A DNA stretch of 53,728 nt from assembly GCA_964384095.1 (NCBI GenBank), contig CAYLKC010000002.1, forward strand, positions 1 through 53,728, read 5' to 3'. The DNA is from an uncultured Chromatiales bacterium (lineage in GTDB: Bacteria > Pseudomonadota > Gammaproteobacteria > SZUA-140). Of this stretch, positions 18,063 through 27,226 are shown piece after piece. Positions within the stretch are counted from its first letter, which is position 1, and the number at the start of each line of letters is the position of its first letter. The notes under the pieces are model-generated. The model was not told where the DNA came from. It was given only the letters and a program-made list of their open reading frames with translations, and did no database searches. Made by a program: the position numbers and the translations under genes.

Positions 18063-18536
18063 ATGAAGGTATTCATCACCAAGGATACGCTGGATCCGTA
18101 CAAGGAGGTGCTGGAGTACGAGAAAAACGTGCTGCCTCCGGGCAAGCACGGTGGCGTCGTGACCTTCGTCGGCACGATGCGCGACTTCAACGACGGCCAG
18201 GACGTCCGCGCGATGAATCTCGACTACTATCCGGGCATGACCGAGCACCATATCGAGCGCGTCTGCCAGGAGGCGATGGACGAGTGGGACATCATGGACT
18301 GCATGGTCGGCCACCGCGTCGGCGAGATGGTGCCGACTGATCCGATCGTACTGGTCGCCGTGTGGTCGGCGCATCGCAAGGATTCCTTCGATGCCTGCCG
18401 CTACATCATCAACTACCTCAAGGAAAGCGCCCCGTTCTGGAAGTGCGAGGTGACGACCGAGGGCAAGAAGCACTGGGTCGAGAAGAATTCCGAGGACCCG
18501 GGCGTCGCCCAGCGGGTGGTCAGAAAGTCCGCCTGA
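18063..18536 (+). CDS. moaE: molybdopterin synthase catalytic subunit
   Basis: 157 aa. GGVVTFVGTMRDF...VLVAVWSAHRKDSFDACRYIINYLKESAPFWK is the MoaE signature. Confidence 0.92.
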   Translation: MKVFITKDTLDPYKEVLEYEKNVLPPGKHGGVVTFVGTMRDFNDGQDVRAMNLDYYPGMTEHHIERVCQEAMDEWDIMDCMVGHRVGEMVPTDPIVLVAVWSAHRKDSFDACRYIINYLKESAPFWKCEVTTEGKKHWVEKNSEDPGVAQRVVRKSA

Positions 18537-18565
18537 GGCCAATCCCGAATGGCCGGCATGATCGG

Positions 18566-18587
18566 CGCCCCGCGATTCTGCGGGGCG
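18566..18587 (+). terminator. GC hairpin after moaE (candidate terminator, no U-tract)
   Basis: cgccccgc-gattct-gcggggcg forms an 8-bp perfect stem 30 nt after the moaE stop. Confidence 0.35.
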
Positions 18588-18647
18588 ACCGTCCCGCCCC
18601 TGTGTTATGATGTGATCACTTATAATCTTACGTGACTTGGTGGCCGC

Positions 18648-19259
18648 ATGATGAATCCTTCCGCTGTTTCAACCCGCCGCGCCCTGATTCTGCTGCTGTT
18701 ACTGTTGTTGTGGCCGTTGTCGGCTGCCCATGCCCACAAGGTCAACCTGTTCGCCTATGCCGAGGGCAACAAGGTCGTCGTCGAGGGCTTTTTCACGGAC
18801 GGCAAGGTCGCCGAGAACGCCCAGATCCAGGTCTTCTCACCTGCCGGCGATCGCCTCGTGCAGGGCCAGGCGGACGGAGAGGGCGTATTCGTATTCGAGG
18901 TCCCCGAGGTCACCGATCTCAGGATCTCGCTCTATGCCGGCATGGGCCACCGCGCCGAGTTCACGCTGCCCGCCGACGAGATCCGCGGGGCGATGGCGGC
19001 GGGTGAGCCGGCCACTGCAGGCGCGGCAACGACTGCCGGGACCCCGGTTGCCGCCGACAGCGCGGCGATCGAGGCGATGGTGCGCCAGGCAGTCAACGAG
19101 GCCACGCTGCCGCTGGTGCGCAATATGGCGGAACTGAGCGATCGACGCACTGCCAGTGATATCATCGGCGGGGTCGGCTTCATCATCGGCATCGTCGGGG
19201 TCTTTTTCTATCTGAGGGCGCGCAGCCTGCAGGGCAAGTCCGCGTCGTCAGGCAACTGA
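18648..19259 (+). CDS. nickel/cobalt ECF-type uptake accessory protein (NikL-like: N-terminal signal/TM, periplasmic beta-sandwich-like domain, C-terminal TM)
   Basis: 203 aa. It has the signal LLLLLLWPLSAAHA, the sequence HKVNLFAYAEGNKVVVEGFF.., and a C-terminal TM IIGGVGFIIGIVGVFFYL. It lies immediately upstream of nikM/cbiM. Confidence 0.5.
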   Translation: MMNPSAVSTRRALILLLLLLLWPLSAAHAHKVNLFAYAEGNKVVVEGFFTDGKVAENAQIQVFSPAGDRLVQGQADGEGVFVFEVPEVTDLRISLYAGMGHRAEFTLPADEIRGAMAAGEPATAGAATTAGTPVAADSAAIEAMVRQAVNEATLPLVRNMAELSDRRTASDIIGGVGFIIGIVGVFFYLRARSLQGKSASSGN

Positions 19260-19332
19260 ACGACGCGCAAAGTTCAGGTCGCGGGGTCGGCGACCGATAA
19301 GAGAGAAACTTCCAGGGACACCCGGCCACGCC

Positions 19333-19965
19333 ATGCACATCTCCGAAGGCATTCTGAACGCCCCCGTCTGGATTGCCGGTTACGCCGGCGCCGTTGCGAT
19401 CGCCGCGGTGACGATGCGCAATATGGACATGGAGGAGGTGCCGAAGATCGCTGTCATCACCTCCGTATTCTTTGTTGCCTCGCTGATCAAGGTGCCGATC
19501 GGGCCGGCCAGCGTCCATCTGATATTGAACGGCCTGGTCGCCGTGGTGCTCGGCTGGCGGGCATTTCCCGCCATCATGCTCGGCATCATATTGCAGGCGA
19601 TCATCTTCGGACACGGCGGTGTCACCGTCATCGGAGTCAACGCGATCATGCTCGGCGGGGGCGCGCTGGTCGCCTATCTGGTCTGGCAGTTGCGTCATCA
19701 CTTCAGTTTCGCGAAGAAGGAGTTTGTATTCGGCGCGCTGGCCGGAGCGGTAGCAACGATCAGTTCCGGCGTCGTACTGGCACTGGCCTTGCTCAGTACC
19801 GGGGAGGCCTTCATTGCAGTCGCCGGCATGATCCTGCTCGCACATATTCCGATCATGCTGATCGAGGCCGCGGTGGTCGGCGCCTGCGCCGAATTCCTGC
19901 ATCGCGTCAAACCGGAGATCCTCGCAGGGCGCAGGGTCGCGGCGGCCGGCAGCAGTAGCGGCTGA
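19333..19965 (+). CDS. ECF-type Ni/Co transporter substrate-capture component (CbiM/NikM family)
   Basis: 210 aa with the N-terminus MHISEGIL (the MHIxxG metal-binding N-terminus of CbiM/NikM) and multiple TM segments. Confidence 0.88.
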   Translation: MHISEGILNAPVWIAGYAGAVAIAAVTMRNMDMEEVPKIAVITSVFFVASLIKVPIGPASVHLILNGLVAVVLGWRAFPAIMLGIILQAIIFGHGGVTVIGVNAIMLGGGALVAYLVWQLRHHFSFAKKEFVFGALAGAVATISSGVVLALALLSTGEAFIAVAGMILLAHIPIMLIEAAVVGACAEFLHRVKPEILAGRRVAAAGSSSG

Positions 19966-19966
19966 C

Positions 19967-20755
19967 ATGGCGCTCGACATCGACCGCTATTCCAGCGTCG
20001 CCTCGCCGATCCAGCGCTGGGATCCGCGCGTCAAGACCGTTGCCCTCGGCTTGCTGATCATCTCGATTGCGCTGCTGAAATCCCTGCCGATGGCGCTCGC
20101 GGCGCTGGCCTTCGCGGCGGTGATCCTGGCGATCAGCGCGCTGCCGATGCACTTCATCTCGCACGGACTCGCCTTCATCATCGTGTTCCTGCTGCCGTTC
20201 TTTCTGGTAATGCCGCTGACCTATCCCGGCGAGGCCGCCTTTTATGTGATCGGCCTGCCGTTCGCGTGGGAGGGGTTGCGCATCGCAGCGCTGATATTCA
20301 CCAAGGCGCTGGCCATCGTCATCGTCAGTTTCGCGCTGTTCGGTTCCAGCCGCTTCGACGTGTCGATGATCGCATTGCAGCATCTCAAGTGTCCGAAGAT
20401 CATCGTGCAGATGCTGCTGTTCACTTACCGCTATACCTTCCTGTTCCTCGATGAACTCAAGCGCATGTATACTTCGATGCGGGTGCGCGGCTTCGTGGCA
20501 CGCACCGACCGCCGTACGCTGCGGGTGTTCGGACATTTCGTCGGCACCCTGCTGGTGCACAGCTTCGAGCGCACCGAGCGGGTCTACAAGGCGATGTTGT
20601 CCAAAGGGTACCAGGGGGAACTGCATTCAATGGTGACATTCCGCTCCAACGCAACCGATTACCTCAAGGCCGCGGTGGTGCTCGCGATCGGCTTCACTAT
20701 CGTCGCGCTGGACATGAGCGGAACATTTGGAGTCGCGGAACATGCCTGGTACTGA
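19967..20755 (+). CDS. ECF transporter transmembrane (T) component (CbiQ/NikQ family)
   Basis: 262-aa polytopic protein with an ...ERTERVYKAMLSKGY motif region typical of CbiQ. It lies between the M and O components. Confidence 0.85.
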   Translation: MALDIDRYSSVASPIQRWDPRVKTVALGLLIISIALLKSLPMALAALAFAAVILAISALPMHFISHGLAFIIVFLLPFFLVMPLTYPGEAAFYVIGLPFAWEGLRIAALIFTKALAIVIVSFALFGSSRFDVSMIALQHLKCPKIIVQMLLFTYRYTFLFLDELKRMYTSMRVRGFVARTDRRTLRVFGHFVGTLLVHSFERTERVYKAMLSKGYQGELHSMVTFRSNATDYLKAAVVLAIGFTIVALDMSGTFGVAEHAWY

Positions 20756-21749
20756 TACCCCCCCGGTCCCTGTCATCATCGACGTCGACAACGTCGTCTT
20801 CAGTTATCCCGACGGGCACCAGGTGCTCAAGGGACTGAGTTGCCACATCCACAAGGGTGAGAAGGTCGCGCTGATCGGGCCCAATGGCGCCGGCAAGTCG
20901 ACCTTCATGAGTCATCTGAACGGCGTACAGTTCCCGGTTTCCGGCACCGTGACCATCGACGGCGCAGTGATCGGCAAGGACAACCTCAAGGACGTCCGCC
21001 GCAAGGTCGGCATCGTCTTCCAGGACCCTGATGACCAGTTGTTCTGCCCGACTGTTTTCGACGACGTCGCCTTCGGTCCGCTGAACCTCGGCCTGCCGAA
21101 GGATGAGATCGAGGCGCGGGTCAGGGAGGCGCTGGCAGTCGTCGGTCTCGAGGGCTTTGAGGAACGCTCCTCGTTTCACCTGTCATTCGGTGAGCGCAAG
21201 CGACTCGCGCTTGCGACCGTGCTGTCTTACCAGCCGGATATCCTCGTCTTCGACGAGCCATCGACCAACATGGATCCGCTCAACCGGCGCAATCTCATCA
21301 ACTGGCTGCGCGATACGGACAAGACGATACTGCTGTGCACCCACGATCTCGATATCGCGCTCGAGGTCTGCAGTCGCTGCCTGTTGCTGGTCGACGGCCG
21401 GATCGCCGCCGATGGCCCGACGACCAGCATCCTCTACGACCGCAAGCTGCTCGAGGACAACAAGCTCGAGTTGCCGCTGGCGCTGATGACGCACGAGTTG
21501 TTGCATGACATCCTGCATCGCCAGGATATGGATGAGGGAGATCGCAAGGTCATCGGCAAGTTCCTGCATGCGCACCGGCATGCCCATGGCGCCGACGGTC
21601 ATCTGCATGTGCACCTGCATACCCACGAGCACGACCACGGCCACCTCCATGAGGAGGTCGACGAGTCGCACTTCCATGACGAGGCGCTGGACAGCGAGGA
21701 CACGCCGGCAGCCGATCGCAGGAAGCTGTCGGGAGATTCCTCAGCCTGA
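20742..21749 (+). CDS. ECF transporter ATPase (CbiO/NikO family) with a His-rich C-terminal tail
   Basis: Walker [10 protein letters not shown], signature LSFGERKR and Walker [10 protein letters not shown]. The tail reads [30 protein letters not shown]. The ATG at 20742 is preferred over the TTG at 20727. Confidence 0.9.
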   Translation: MPGTDTPPVPVIIDVDNVVFSYPDGHQVLKGLSCHIHKGEKVALIGPNGAGKSTFMSHLNGVQFPVSGTVTIDGAVIGKDNLKDVRRKVGIVFQDPDDQLFCPTVFDDVAFGPLNLGLPKDEIEARVREALAVVGLEGFEERSSFHLSFGERKRLALATVLSYQPDILVFDEPSTNMDPLNRRNLINWLRDTDKTILLCTHDLDIALEVCSRCLLLVDGRIAADGPTTSILYDRKLLEDNKLELPLALMTHELLHDILHRQDMDEGDRKVIGKFLHAHRHAHGADGHLHVHLHTHEHDHGHLHEEVDESHFHDEALDSEDTPAADRRKLSGDSSA

Positions 21750-24197
21750 GGCCTGCGCCCGGAAACCGCGCAGGCGCAGACTGTTGCTGACGACGAACAG
21801 ACTCGACACACTCATCGCCGCGGCGGCCAGCATCGGGTTCAGCAGGATCCCGAAGAACGGATAGAGCGCCCCCGCCGCGACCGGGATCAACGCTACATTG
21901 TAGGCATAGGCCCAGAAGAAATTCAGCCGGATCGTGCGCAGGGTCCGCCGGGACAGCGCGATCGCATCGACGAGCACGCGCAGGTCACCGCGCATCAGGA
22001 TCACCTCCCCGGATTCGATCGCTATATCCGTGCCGGTGCCGATTGCGATACCGACGTCGGCGCGGGCCAGCGCCGGCGCATCATTGATGCCGTCGCCGAC
22101 AAAGGCGACACGACGTCCCTCCCTTTGCAGGCGTTGAACCTCGTCGGCCTTCTGCCCCGGCAGCACCTCGGCAATGACAAATTCGATCCCGACCTCGGCC
22201 GCGACCGCGTGCGCGCTGCGCGGGTTGTCGCCGCTCAGCATGCCGGTCTTCATCCCCGCCGCGTGCAGGGCCGCGATCGCCGCGCGGCTGCCTTCCTTCA
22301 ACGGGTCGGAGATCGCGAGCAGACCGCGCAGATTGCCGTCACAGGCAGCGAACAGCAGGGTGTGGCCGAGGCTGCTCCAGTGTGCAGCGACCGCTGAGAG
22401 GGGCGCTGTACCGATGCCGAGCCGTTCCATGTAGCGTCCCGCGCCGACCTGCACCAGCTGGCCGTCGATTCGGGCCTCGATGCCGAAGCCGGGCTCGGCA
22501 CGAAATTCGCTCGCCGGTGCGATGGTGAGACCGCGCGCCCCGGCGGCGTCGGCGATCGCCTTCGCAACCGGGTGCTCGCTCAGGGCCTCGGCACTCGCGA
22601 CCAGCGCAATCAGCGCCTCCGTGTCTCCGTCCACGGCCTCAACGCCGGTCAGTTCCGGTCGGCCGATGGTCAGCGTGCCGGTTTTGTCGAACAGGATCGT
22701 ATCGGCGCGCGCCAGCATTTCCAGTGCGGTACCCTTGCGGAACAGGATGCCGAGTTCAGCGGCCTTGCCGCTGCCGACCATGATCGCGGTCGGCGTTGCG
22801 AGCCCCATCGCGCAGGGACAGGCGATCAGCAGTACGCTGACTGCTGCGATGAAGGCGAAGCTCAGCGCCGGCGCCGGACCGAACCCGAGCCATGCGGCGA
22901 AGGTGATCGCCGCGAGCAGCAATACCAGCGGCACGAACACCCCGGCAATGCGGTCGGCGATTTCCTGGATCGGTGGTTTCGATGCCTGCGCCTCCTCGAC
23001 CATACGGATCACGCGCGCGAGGACGGTGTCGGCGCCGACCCGCGTCGCGCGGAAGCGGAAGGCCCCGGTCTGGTTGATGGTGCCGCCGGTGATCTCGTCG
23101 CCGGTTCGTTTTGCCGCAGGCAGCGGTTCGCCGGTGATCATCGATTCGTCGAGATAGCTCTCGCCCTCGATGACCACGCCATCGACCGGAACGCGCTCGC
23201 CCGGGCGCACGACGATCTCGTCGCCCGGCATGACGTCCTCGACCGGCATCTCGGTCTCGTGACCGTCGCGGATTACGCGTGCGGTCTTGCCCTGCAGGCG
23301 GATCAGGCGCTTGATGGCCTCCGAGGTCCGGCCGCGGGCGCGGGACTCGAGCCAGCGGCCGAGCAGGATCAACGTGACGATGACCCCGGCCGCCTCGAAA
23401 TAGAGATTGGCAGTGCCCTCCGGAAACAGCCCGGGCACGCTCAGCGCCAATGTCGAATAGCACCAGGCGGCAGAGGCGCCGATCATGACCAGGGAATTCA
23501 TGCCGGGATTCAGGTGCCGCAGTTCACCCCAGCCCTGGCGAAAAAAACGACGCCCGGCGATGAACAGCACCGGACTCGCGAGCAGAAATTCCAGCCAGCG
23601 CCAGCCGGCGACCGGCATCAGGGAGTGCATCAGGTTGCCGAGTCCGGGCAGCAGCATCGGCCCCATCGCGACCAGCACCAGCGGCGCGGTCAGCGCAAGG
23701 GCCAGCATGAGGTCATGTTTGAGAGTTCGGAGTTCCTGTTCGCCGCGGCGTTCGTCAGCGCCGGCGTCCTCGGCCCCGTCATCGGCCAGCGCCTCATAGC
23801 CGGCGGAGGTGATCGCTGCGCGGATGCCCGCGAGGTCGCCGGCGTCGGGCAGGTATTCGATCGCGGCCTTCGCGGTCGCGAGGTTCACGCTGACACCGAT
23901 AATGCCCGGCAAGCGGCCGATCACCCGTTCGAGGCGCGTGACGCAGGCGGCGCAGGTCATGCCGCCGATGCCGATAGCGATGCGCCGCGTCCGCGGCGGA
24001 TAACCGGCCTCACGCACCGCCGCGAGCGAGCGCGCCAGCTCGAAGGTATCGGTATCGACCTCGATTGCGGCCTTGGCGGTCGCAAGATTGACGGTGGCGG
24101 CTAGTACACCGGGCTGCTTGTTCAGGACCCGCTCGACGCGGGTGACGCAGGCGGCGCAGGTCATGCCGTCGATACCGAAATTCAGTGAGGTCTTCAC
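21741..24197 (-). CDS. copA: copper-translocating P1B-type ATPase
   Basis: 818 aa with two N-terminal [11 protein letters not shown] domains, a CPC transmembrane motif, DKTGTLT and GDGINDAP. Confidence 0.95.
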   Translation of the reverse strand: MKTSLNFGIDGMTCAACVTRVERVLNKQPGVLAATVNLATAKAAIEVDTDTFELARSLAAVREAGYPPRTRRIAIGIGGMTCAACVTRLERVIGRLPGIIGVSVNLATAKAAIEYLPDAGDLAGIRAAITSAGYEALADDGAEDAGADERRGEQELRTLKHDLMLALALTAPLVLVAMGPMLLPGLGNLMHSLMPVAGWRWLEFLLASPVLFIAGRRFFRQGWGELRHLNPGMNSLVMIGASAAWCYSTLALSVPGLFPEGTANLYFEAAGVIVTLILLGRWLESRARGRTSEAIKRLIRLQGKTARVIRDGHETEMPVEDVMPGDEIVVRPGERVPVDGVVIEGESYLDESMITGEPLPAAKRTGDEITGGTINQTGAFRFRATRVGADTVLARVIRMVEEAQASKPPIQEIADRIAGVFVPLVLLLAAITFAAWLGFGPAPALSFAFIAAVSVLLIACPCAMGLATPTAIMVGSGKAAELGILFRKGTALEMLARADTILFDKTGTLTIGRPELTGVEAVDGDTEALIALVASAEALSEHPVAKAIADAAGARGLTIAPASEFRAEPGFGIEARIDGQLVQVGAGRYMERLGIGTAPLSAVAAHWSSLGHTLLFAACDGNLRGLLAISDPLKEGSRAAIAALHAAGMKTGMLSGDNPRSAHAVAAEVGIEFVIAEVLPGQKADEVQRLQREGRRVAFVGDGINDAPALARADVGIAIGTGTDIAIESGEVILMRGDLRVLVDAIALSRRTLRTIRLNFFWAYAYNVALIPVAAGALYPFFGILLNPMLAAAAMSVSSLFVVSNSLRLRGFRAQASG

Positions 24198-24205
24198 GGC
24201 GGCGC

Positions 24206-24514
24206 TCAGCGGTACTTCAGCAGCTCCATCAGTTCGTCGACGATCACATTCGCGTCACCGCGTTGCGCCGCGGTGGCGACATGATCATGCAGGTGACTGC
24301 GCAGCACCACCGTGCTGACCTTTCTGAGCGCGCCATCGACGGCCTTGACCTGCTTCAGTACATCGACGCAGTAGACGCCCTCGTCTTCGAGCATGCGCAG
24401 GATGCCCTCGACATGTCCCCGGATAGAACGCAGGCGCCGGCTTGCCTCCGCGCGGGCGCCGGGGTCGAGGCGCAGCGCGCGACAGTGGTCGACCGCGCCG
24501 CTCAGCTCTGCCAT
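24206..24514 (-). CDS. csoR: CsoR/RcnR-family metal-sensing repressor
   Basis: 102 aa counted from the ATG at 24514. [38 protein letters not shown]...H.H is the CsoR signature. The longer ORF-track model (to 24673) overlaps copZ. Confidence 0.85.
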   Translation of the reverse strand: MAELSGAVDHCRALRLDPGARAEASRRLRSIRGHVEGILRMLEDEGVYCVDVLKQVKAVDGALRKVSTVVLRSHLHDHVATAAQRGDANVIVDELMELLKYR

Positions 24515-24702
24515 GCCTTGTAGCCCGCTTCCTCGATCGCGGCGACCAGTGCGCGCGGATCGGCGCTGCCCTCGATGCGGGCCGCCCCCTGTTCCACGCT
24601 GACCTCGACGACGCGCTCGACGCCCGGCACCGCGGTCAGTGCACGCTCCACCGCCTGCCGGCAGTGTCCGCAACTCATGCCTTCTATCTTCAGTTCGATC
24701 AT
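24502..24702 (-). CDS. copZ: copper chaperone, HMA domain
   Basis: 66 aa. MIELKIEGMSCGHCRQAVERAL contains the MxCxxC motif. Confidence 0.88.
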   Translation of the reverse strand: MIELKIEGMSCGHCRQAVERALTAVPGVERVVEVSVEQGAARIEGSADPRALVAAIEEAGYKAWQS

Positions 24703-24719
24703 GTGTATGGCTCCTATCC

Positions 24720-24740
24720 TACCCCACCTGGGGAGGGGTA
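24720..24740 (-). promoter_or_regulatory. candidate CsoR operator (TACCCC-N9-GGGGTA with inner CCCCAnnTGGGG dyad) in the copZ promoter
   Basis: The minus strand reads TAGATTACCCCTCCCCAGGTGGGGTAGGATAGGAGCCATACAC-ATG. It is a G/C-tract dyad of the type bound by CsoR proteins, lying between a -10-like TAGATT and the RBS AGGAG. Confidence 0.55.
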
Positions 24741-24951
24741 ATCTAGCATGATCGCCGGTGCCGCCGCAAGGCGCCGGATTTATGGCTCAATTTTATGTTT
24801 ATCCTGTATGATTTGTGACGGGTCCGCGTCCGAGACGGACCCGGGGACGGCACAAGCCGGTCCGGCGGGCGAGGGTGCCGGACAGCGCTGCGGCGCGGGC
24901 GGCCGGCGCCGCGAACACAGGACTGCGATCAGCATAACCGGGGCGGGGTGT

Positions 24952-25413
24952 ATGGAACGTATAACAATGTCGCTGGATACAGCGCTATCCGAGTTGTTCG
25001 ATACGTTTATCAAGGAACGGGGCTACAAGAATCGTTCGGAGGCAATGCGTGACCTGATCCGGCAACAGCTCGAGAAGGAGCGGCTGGAGAAATCCGATGA
25101 CGGATACTGCGTCGGTACCCTGAGTTATGTCTACAACCATCACGAGCTGGAGCTTGCCAGTCGGATCACCCGCGTGCACCACAAGCACCATGAGCTGAAC
25201 CTGTCGAGCATGCACGTCCATCTCGATCACGACCATTGCCTGGAGATCGCGCTGATGCGCGGACCGGTCCGCGAGGTACGCGCGTTTGCGAACGCGGTGA
25301 TGGCCGAACGCGGCGTGCGTCACGGCAAGCTCAACATGGTGCCGGTCGACGTCAGCGAGAGCAGCCATAGTCATGGCGGTCACCCCCATACGCACAGCCG
25401 GCCGATGACCTGA
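24952..25413 (+). CDS. nikR: nickel-responsive regulator NikR
   Basis: MERITMSLDTALSELFDTFIKERGYKNRSEAMRDLIR is the RHH N-terminus. The C-terminal ACT-like domain has the HHKHH..H..C nickel site and a His-rich tail. The 204 nt upstream of it in ORF 24748.. are not supported. Confidence 0.9.
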   Translation: MERITMSLDTALSELFDTFIKERGYKNRSEAMRDLIRQQLEKERLEKSDDGYCVGTLSYVYNHHELELASRITRVHHKHHELNLSSMHVHLDHDHCLEIALMRGPVREVRAFANAVMAERGVRHGKLNMVPVDVSESSHSHGGHPHTHSRPMT

Positions 25414-25439
25414 GCCAGGCACAAGGTGCCGGGACACGC

Positions 25440-26066
25440 ATGCGAGACAAGGAAAAGACCACCGGCGTGATTTTCGTGCGCCACGGCCAGGCCGACTTTC
25501 CGAACAAGCGCCTGTACTGTGACGACCGCGAAGATCCGGGCCTGACCGAGCGCGGCCACGGGCATGCGCGCCATGCCGCAGAACTGCTCGTCGGCCAGGC
25601 GATCGATGTGATCTACGCGAGCCCGATGCAGCGCACGCGCCTGACCGCGGAGGCGATCGCCGGCGCGACCGGTGTGCCGCTGCACTTCGATCCGCAGTTG
25701 AAGGAGCGGCCATTCGGCATCTGGGACGGCCTCTTTTTCGATGAGATCTCGCGCGATTATCCCGAGGCGTTCCGTGCCTGGAAACAGGATCCGGTCTACT
25801 TCGTGCCGGAGGGTGGTGAGACGATCCACGATCACATGAGTCGCGTGACCGGCGCCCTGGAGCGCATCCTGAACGCCCACCGGGGGCAGCTGATCGTCAT
25901 CGTGGCCCATGTCGGCCCGATTCGCATGTGCATCACCGATGCGCTGACGATGCCGCTCGAGGCCTACCGCCGCCTGACGATCGATTATGGCTCGCTGACC
26001 CGGGTGGATTACGGTGAGCAACAGAACAATCTGATTTATTTGAACTTTTATCACCGGGACGGATGA
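25440..26066 (+). CDS. histidine phosphatase family protein (phosphoglycerate mutase / CobC-like)
   Basis: 208 aa with the RHGQADF catalytic motif and a downstream H in VAHVGPIR. Confidence 0.75.
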   Translation: MRDKEKTTGVIFVRHGQADFPNKRLYCDDREDPGLTERGHGHARHAAELLVGQAIDVIYASPMQRTRLTAEAIAGATGVPLHFDPQLKERPFGIWDGLFFDEISRDYPEAFRAWKQDPVYFVPEGGETIHDHMSRVTGALERILNAHRGQLIVIVAHVGPIRMCITDALTMPLEAYRRLTIDYGSLTRVDYGEQQNNLIYLNFYHRDG

Positions 26067-26195
26067 CCGCCGCTGCCGGCGTCGACGCCGGCAGCCGGCG
26101 GGTGTGCCGGCGTTGCAGAGTTGGACTTTTTTCGTTGCGGAGTGCTAACATATGGGCATGAGTATGTATCCTGACCGGCCGAGGGGGGTTCAGAG

Positions 26196-27116
26196 ATGAC
26201 TAGGGGTAGCAGAGGTTTCTACGGAGTACTTGCAGCCGCGCCTGCGCTGGCGCTGCTCCCGCTGACGGTCCATGCTGCGGCCGCCTTACCGGTCTTCGGC
26301 GGCTGGACGGTCGATAACGGCGTCATCGACCACACCTGCCCGGTCGGGTTCAGCTGCACGGTCGAAGTCGGCGGCATCGACGGTTTTGCGCAGATCTCGG
26401 TCAGCGCGGCGGGCGAGCCGACCTACATCTGGACGATCATCACCGACCCGAACGCAAATACCGACGATCCCAATTTCTACCGCGACGAGAGCTTCGTGCG
26501 TCAGGGCGCCACGAACGGCATCATGGCGCAGCAGATGCACCAGCAGAGTGACGTGACCGGTGACTTCACGAACACGAGCACGCTGATGATCGGCTGGGCC
26601 AATGAGGCCCCGGACGCAGACAATCCGAATCTCATCATCGAACAGGCCTTCGCCGGCGCCGATGATACCTTCATCTCGAACTTCGACATGCTCGTGATCC
26701 ATGACGAGAACGGCGAGGTCGCGGATCGTTCGATCACGATCGACCAGCGGGTCTTCTTCAATGACAACGACCCGATCCCCGACCAGCAGCGCTTCCTGCT
26801 CGAGCAGCGTCAGGGCGCGTTCACCGACGCGGGTTCGATCACCTTCGACTCATGCCAGGAGCAGGCGGGCGAATGCTCACTCGCGTGGGACGCCGGCGAT
26901 GAGGTCATGATGCGCTGGATCGGGCAGAGGCTCGATCTCGGCGGGCAGGGGACGTCACAGTTTGGTTTCCAGGGGGTCACCAATCTGACCCCGGATCCGG
27001 ACCTGGAGATCACGACCTTCTCACTCGACGCGACCGGCATCAATGACGGCCTTGGCGGCGCTGTAACACCGTTCGGCTGGAACGAGACCTTCGGCGATAC
27101 CCCGCCGTCGCTGTAA
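26196..27116 (+). CDS. secreted acidic protein of unknown function
   Basis: 306 aa with the signal peptide ALALLPLTVHAAAA, a very Asp/Glu/Asn-rich sequence and two short Cys loops (CPVGFSC, CQEQAGEC). It has its own RBS GAGGGGGG and a strong terminator. Confidence 0.6.
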   Translation: MTRGSRGFYGVLAAAPALALLPLTVHAAAALPVFGGWTVDNGVIDHTCPVGFSCTVEVGGIDGFAQISVSAAGEPTYIWTIITDPNANTDDPNFYRDESFVRQGATNGIMAQQMHQQSDVTGDFTNTSTLMIGWANEAPDADNPNLIIEQAFAGADDTFISNFDMLVIHDENGEVADRSITIDQRVFFNDNDPIPDQQRFLLEQRQGAFTDAGSITFDSCQEQAGECSLAWDAGDEVMMRWIGQRLDLGGQGTSQFGFQGVTNLTPDPDLEITTFSLDATGINDGLGGAVTPFGWNETFGDTPPSL

Positions 27117-27163
27117 ACGCGGCCGTCAACGGTCTCTTTGCCGCGCAGTTCATGATGGGAATC

Positions 27164-27197
27164 AAAGAGAAGGGCAGCCTGCCCTTCTCTTTTTTTT
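27164..27197 (+). terminator. rho-independent terminator
   Basis: aaagagaagggcag-cc-tgcccttctcttttttttt: an 11-13 bp stem followed by a T-run. Confidence 0.85.
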
Positions 27198-27226
27198 CGC
27201 CTGCGGGCGCGTGATATGGAAGGCTG

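Noticed and set aside
17204-18190. 328-aa minus-strand ORF across moaC/moaD/moaE
   Set aside because: It is antisense to three clearly identifiable moa genes and has no motif of its own.
18600-18640. Possible NikR operator upstream of the nik operon (GTGTTATGATGTGATCACTTATAATCTTACGTGAC)
   Set aside because: It contains an 8-bp palindrome (GTGATCAC) and a TATAAT. I could not find a dyad with the GTATGA-N16-TCATAC or GTGTTAC-N13/14-GTAACAC geometry, so the evidence is insufficient to call a site.
15500-21700. moa/nik region as a horizontally acquired low-GC island
   Set aside because: Some 60-nt lines are about 52% GC but others about 68%. I cannot compute a proper GC or codon-usage profile by hand, and there are no integrase genes, tRNA genes or flanking direct repeats to support an island.
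22572-24104. 510-aa plus-strand ORF antisense to copA
   Set aside because: It is a shadow ORF with Arg/Gly/Asp-rich composition. copA on the minus strand carries all the P-type ATPase motifs.
24821-24843. Hairpin gggtccg-cgtccgaga-cggaccc in the copZ/nikR spacer as an attenuator
   Set aside because: It is a short 7-bp stem with no U-tract and no obvious alternative pairing. It could equally be chance in GC-rich DNA.
24748-24951. 68-codon N-terminal extension of the nikR ORF
   Set aside because: NikR homology starts at MERITMSLD (24952). The extension lies in the divergent promoter spacer and is Gly/Ala/Arg-rich.
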